A stretch of DNA of 54,754 nucleotides, from assembly GCA_016177205.1 (NCBI GenBank), contig JACOVS010000039.1, positions 1 to 54,754 of the forward strand. Reading direction: 5' to 3'. The translations under genes were made by a program, and so were the position numbers. This document shows positions 52,884-54,754 of this stretch, piece by piece. The notes under the pieces were generated by a model. That model was not told where the DNA came from and ran no database searches. It worked only from the letters and a program-made list of their open reading frames with translations. How positions within the stretch are numbered: position 1 is the stretch's first letter; every line of letters starts with the position of its first letter. The stretch is from Candidatus Aenigmatarchaeota archaeon (GTDB lineage: Archaea > Aenigmatarchaeota > Aenigmatarchaeia > JACPZZ01).

Positions 52884-53374
52884 ACGCTCAACTCGGTTTT
52901 CATGTTTGTTATTTCCGTTATCGCTGTCAGAAGGTCCTCTTGCTTTGCGGGCAGGCTTTTCAACTGGCTCTTCTGCATTGTTATCTTAATGCTTTCCATC
53001 CCGTTCGAATAAAGTTTCCCGATACTGACTCTTGCCGGGAACATAAGGCTTGATATCATACCTTTGTAATCTTCCCTTCCAACAATCTTGACCTGTTTGC
53101 CAAAATTTTTTCTCAACTCTTTGGTTATTCTTCCCTCCCTGCCAACCATGTTCGCTACGTCTGTTTTCTGGCAAAGTATCAGTATCAGGCTGTCCAGGTC
53201 CACGACCTTTTCTATGACAACATTGTCCAGGGATCTGGTGGTCTTCGACAGGGCGTACAGGTTTTTTATCACCTTGGCGCCTAGGCCGCTTATCCTTCCG
53301 GTTTCAACATTTTTTCTGCATCTGGCGCAAAGTATGTCAGACTGGAGGCAAATGGAGCATATCGGGGTCTTCAT
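52877..53374 (-). CDS. NusA-like KH-domain protein with N-terminal Cys4 finger
   Basis: MKTPICSIC....LC..C; VGREG..K.L....GK.VKI KH loop. Confidence 0.8.
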   Translation of the reverse strand: MKTPICSICLQSDILCARCRKNVETGRISGLGAKVIKNLYALSKTTRSLDNVVIEKVVDLDSLILILCQKTDVANMVGREGRITKELRKNFGKQVKIVGREDYKGMISSLMFPARVSIGKLYSNGMESIKITMQKSQLKSLPAKQEDLLTAITEITNMKTELSVQ

Positions 53375-54637
53375 CAAACCGCCCCAAGGACATCCACACC
53401 ATTCACGGGTGGAAGGAATTGAAATATTCTATCGGAACTCCGTACACTGAGCTGTTTAAGCGCGCCTTCGAAGATGATGATATTATGTTGGGCAGAGCGA
53501 CGGTCAATATTAAGATTCCACACGATGACGCTATCTCGAAAACCATAGGAATTTATCGCAAAGCATTGCAATTCTGTGTTGATGTTGCTTGGGAAAAACG
53601 AATAAGGAACAACGTAAGATTGCACCCCTTCGTCTACAAAGAAATCAGGGGTTTCGGATTGCCGAGTCAACTCGCAATCGCTTGCATCAAGCAGGCCTGC
53701 GGAACCGTCAAACGGGCCAAATCCAGACCTATGATCAAAGGGCATTCCATGCGTTTCAACAACCCACGAAGTTTCTCCTACAGGCATGGAGTTCTCAGCC
53801 TTTCCACAATCGAAGGCCGCAAGAAGTTCAATGTCGCGCTTCCCAGATACGCCGAGAAATACATTGATTGGAAAATCAATGAAAGCGTCCTTTGGGTAGA
53901 CAGAAAAAACAGGATGTTCTTCGGTATCTGTTTTTCCAAAGACATTGACATTCCAATACGCTCCGCTCAACACAGGCAAGTTCTCGGTGTAGACGTCGGA
54001 ATAAAACACCTTGCCGTCACTTCCGACCGTAAATTCTACGGGAGCGTCATCCCTAAGATGCGCAGGCATCAGGAACATACTGCTTCCCTGCAAAGCAAAG
54101 GAACGAAATCCGCCAGAAGGCACCTCAAAAAGATTTCTGGCAGATGGACACGTTTTATGCGGTGGAAGAACCACAACATCAGCAGGGAAATCGTAAACAG
54201 TTTGGGAGAAGGCAACATCGTTGCATTGGAAGGAATAACAAACATCCGTTCCAACAGGGGAAAGAGGTTCAACAAGCAGCTGCATTCGTGGGCTTTCAGT
54301 CAATTGCAAAGCTACATCGAATACAAGGCTGTCCAGAGAGGTTGTCTGGTCGCTTATATCAACCCGCAATACACAAGCCAGACCTGCCGGATGTGCAATG
54401 AAATCGGGACAAGAAACAAAGGCTTCTTCTCCTGCGGGCATTGCGGTTATTCCTGCAACGCCGATCTGAACGCCTCTTTCAACATCAGAAACAGGGTCAA
54501 GCCACTGGCTATGACCTTCGGGCTGCCTGTAAACCAGCCTATTGTAGCAAGCAATGACGGACTTCTTAATGTCGAACATTTTGAATCTCCTGATCTTAGT
54601 TACAATGCCCACAGACTTTAGCCGTGGGTAAGTTTAT
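53375..54637 (+). mobile_element. IS200/IS605-family (IS1341-type, TnpB-only) element
   Basis: left hairpin TCCAC-ACCATTCACGG-GTGGA, right hairpin CCCAC-AGACTTTAGCC-GTGGG, no tnpA; ends inferred. Confidence 0.75.
53485..54621 (+). CDS. tnpB: RNA-guided endonuclease TnpB
   Basis: RuvC I LGVDVG, RuvC II ALEG, YTSQ.C..C / C..CG Zn finger, RuvC III ADLNAS.NI. Confidence 0.93.
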   Translation: MLGRATVNIKIPHDDAISKTIGIYRKALQFCVDVAWEKRIRNNVRLHPFVYKEIRGFGLPSQLAIACIKQACGTVKRAKSRPMIKGHSMRFNNPRSFSYRHGVLSLSTIEGRKKFNVALPRYAEKYIDWKINESVLWVDRKNRMFFGICFSKDIDIPIRSAQHRQVLGVDVGIKHLAVTSDRKFYGSVIPKMRRHQEHTASLQSKGTKSARRHLKKISGRWTRFMRWKNHNISREIVNSLGEGNIVALEGITNIRSNRGKRFNKQLHSWAFSQLQSYIEYKAVQRGCLVAYINPQYTSQTCRMCNEIGTRNKGFFSCGHCGYSCNADLNASFNIRNRVKPLAMTFGLPVNQPIVASNDGLLNVEHFESPDLSYNAHRL

Positions 54638-54678
54638 GCGAGGTCACGCTTATAACGACCACAAATCATCTTTATTTT

Positions 54679-54754
54679 ATGGCCGTGAAGATTTTTAGCA
54701 GTGAGAAACATAAGAATATTGGGCCTTACATCGATAAATTGCTGGGAAATTCCC
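54679..54754 (+). CDS. 5' fragment of a gene cut by the window edge
   Basis: MAVKIFSSEKHKNIGPYIDKLLGNS open to the end; TTATAA about 25 nt upstream. Confidence 0.4.
   Translation, partial: MAVKIFSSEKHKNIGPYIDKLLGNS

Noticed and set aside
53374..54612. 412-aa antisense ORF over tnpB, and other long shadow ORFs (e.g. 3837..4568, 9114..9824, 45213..45971, 51985..52743)
   Set aside because: They lie antisense to well-supported genes and show no motifs.
53485..54621. Cas12f/Cas14 effector
   Set aside because: Flanked by IS200/IS605-type hairpins with the stop codon inside the right-end hairpin; no array or cas1/2/4 in view, though the window ends about 130 nt later.
54634..54754. Minus-strand open frame that would overlap the NusA-like ATG (ATGA) in the reconstructed empty site
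   Set aside because: The plus-strand frame from ATG 54679 looks more protein-like and has a TATA-like box; this cannot be resolved at the window edge.

Overview
Archaeal chromosome segment, most consistent with a DPANN-type archaeon (inference from histone, TFB, aIF5A, Dph5, Trm1, aTrm56, class I CCA enzyme, FtsZ2 and many small uncharacterised membrane and pilin genes). 2.5-18.5 kb is one minus-strand type IV pilus super-operon: secretion ATPase, TadC/ArlJ-like platform and about 15 pilin-like genes, including an 899-aa giant and a two-domain adhesin. 18.6-27.6 kb holds coiled-coil genes, five paralogous membrane proteins and a nucleotidyltransferase(MNT)-HEPN gene pair. 27.7-44 kb is housekeeping: dph5, vapBC, ftsZ with a structured leader, chimeric thrS, pyrE-pyrF fusion, a two-intron tRNA-Gln, trm56, rnz, cca, speB, aIF5A, histone, tfb, a truncated SWIB protein and trm1. 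44.1-52.9 kb is a second uncharacterised locus with another MNT-HEPN pair, a large metal-binding TIM-barrel protein and small membrane proteins. A TnpB-only IS200/IS605 element sits at the start codon of a NusA-like gene near the right end. Three families of short palindromic repeats are dispersed through the window; one lies inside a tRNA intron and another inside prepilin signal peptides. All calls come from motif reading by eye; no searches were run.
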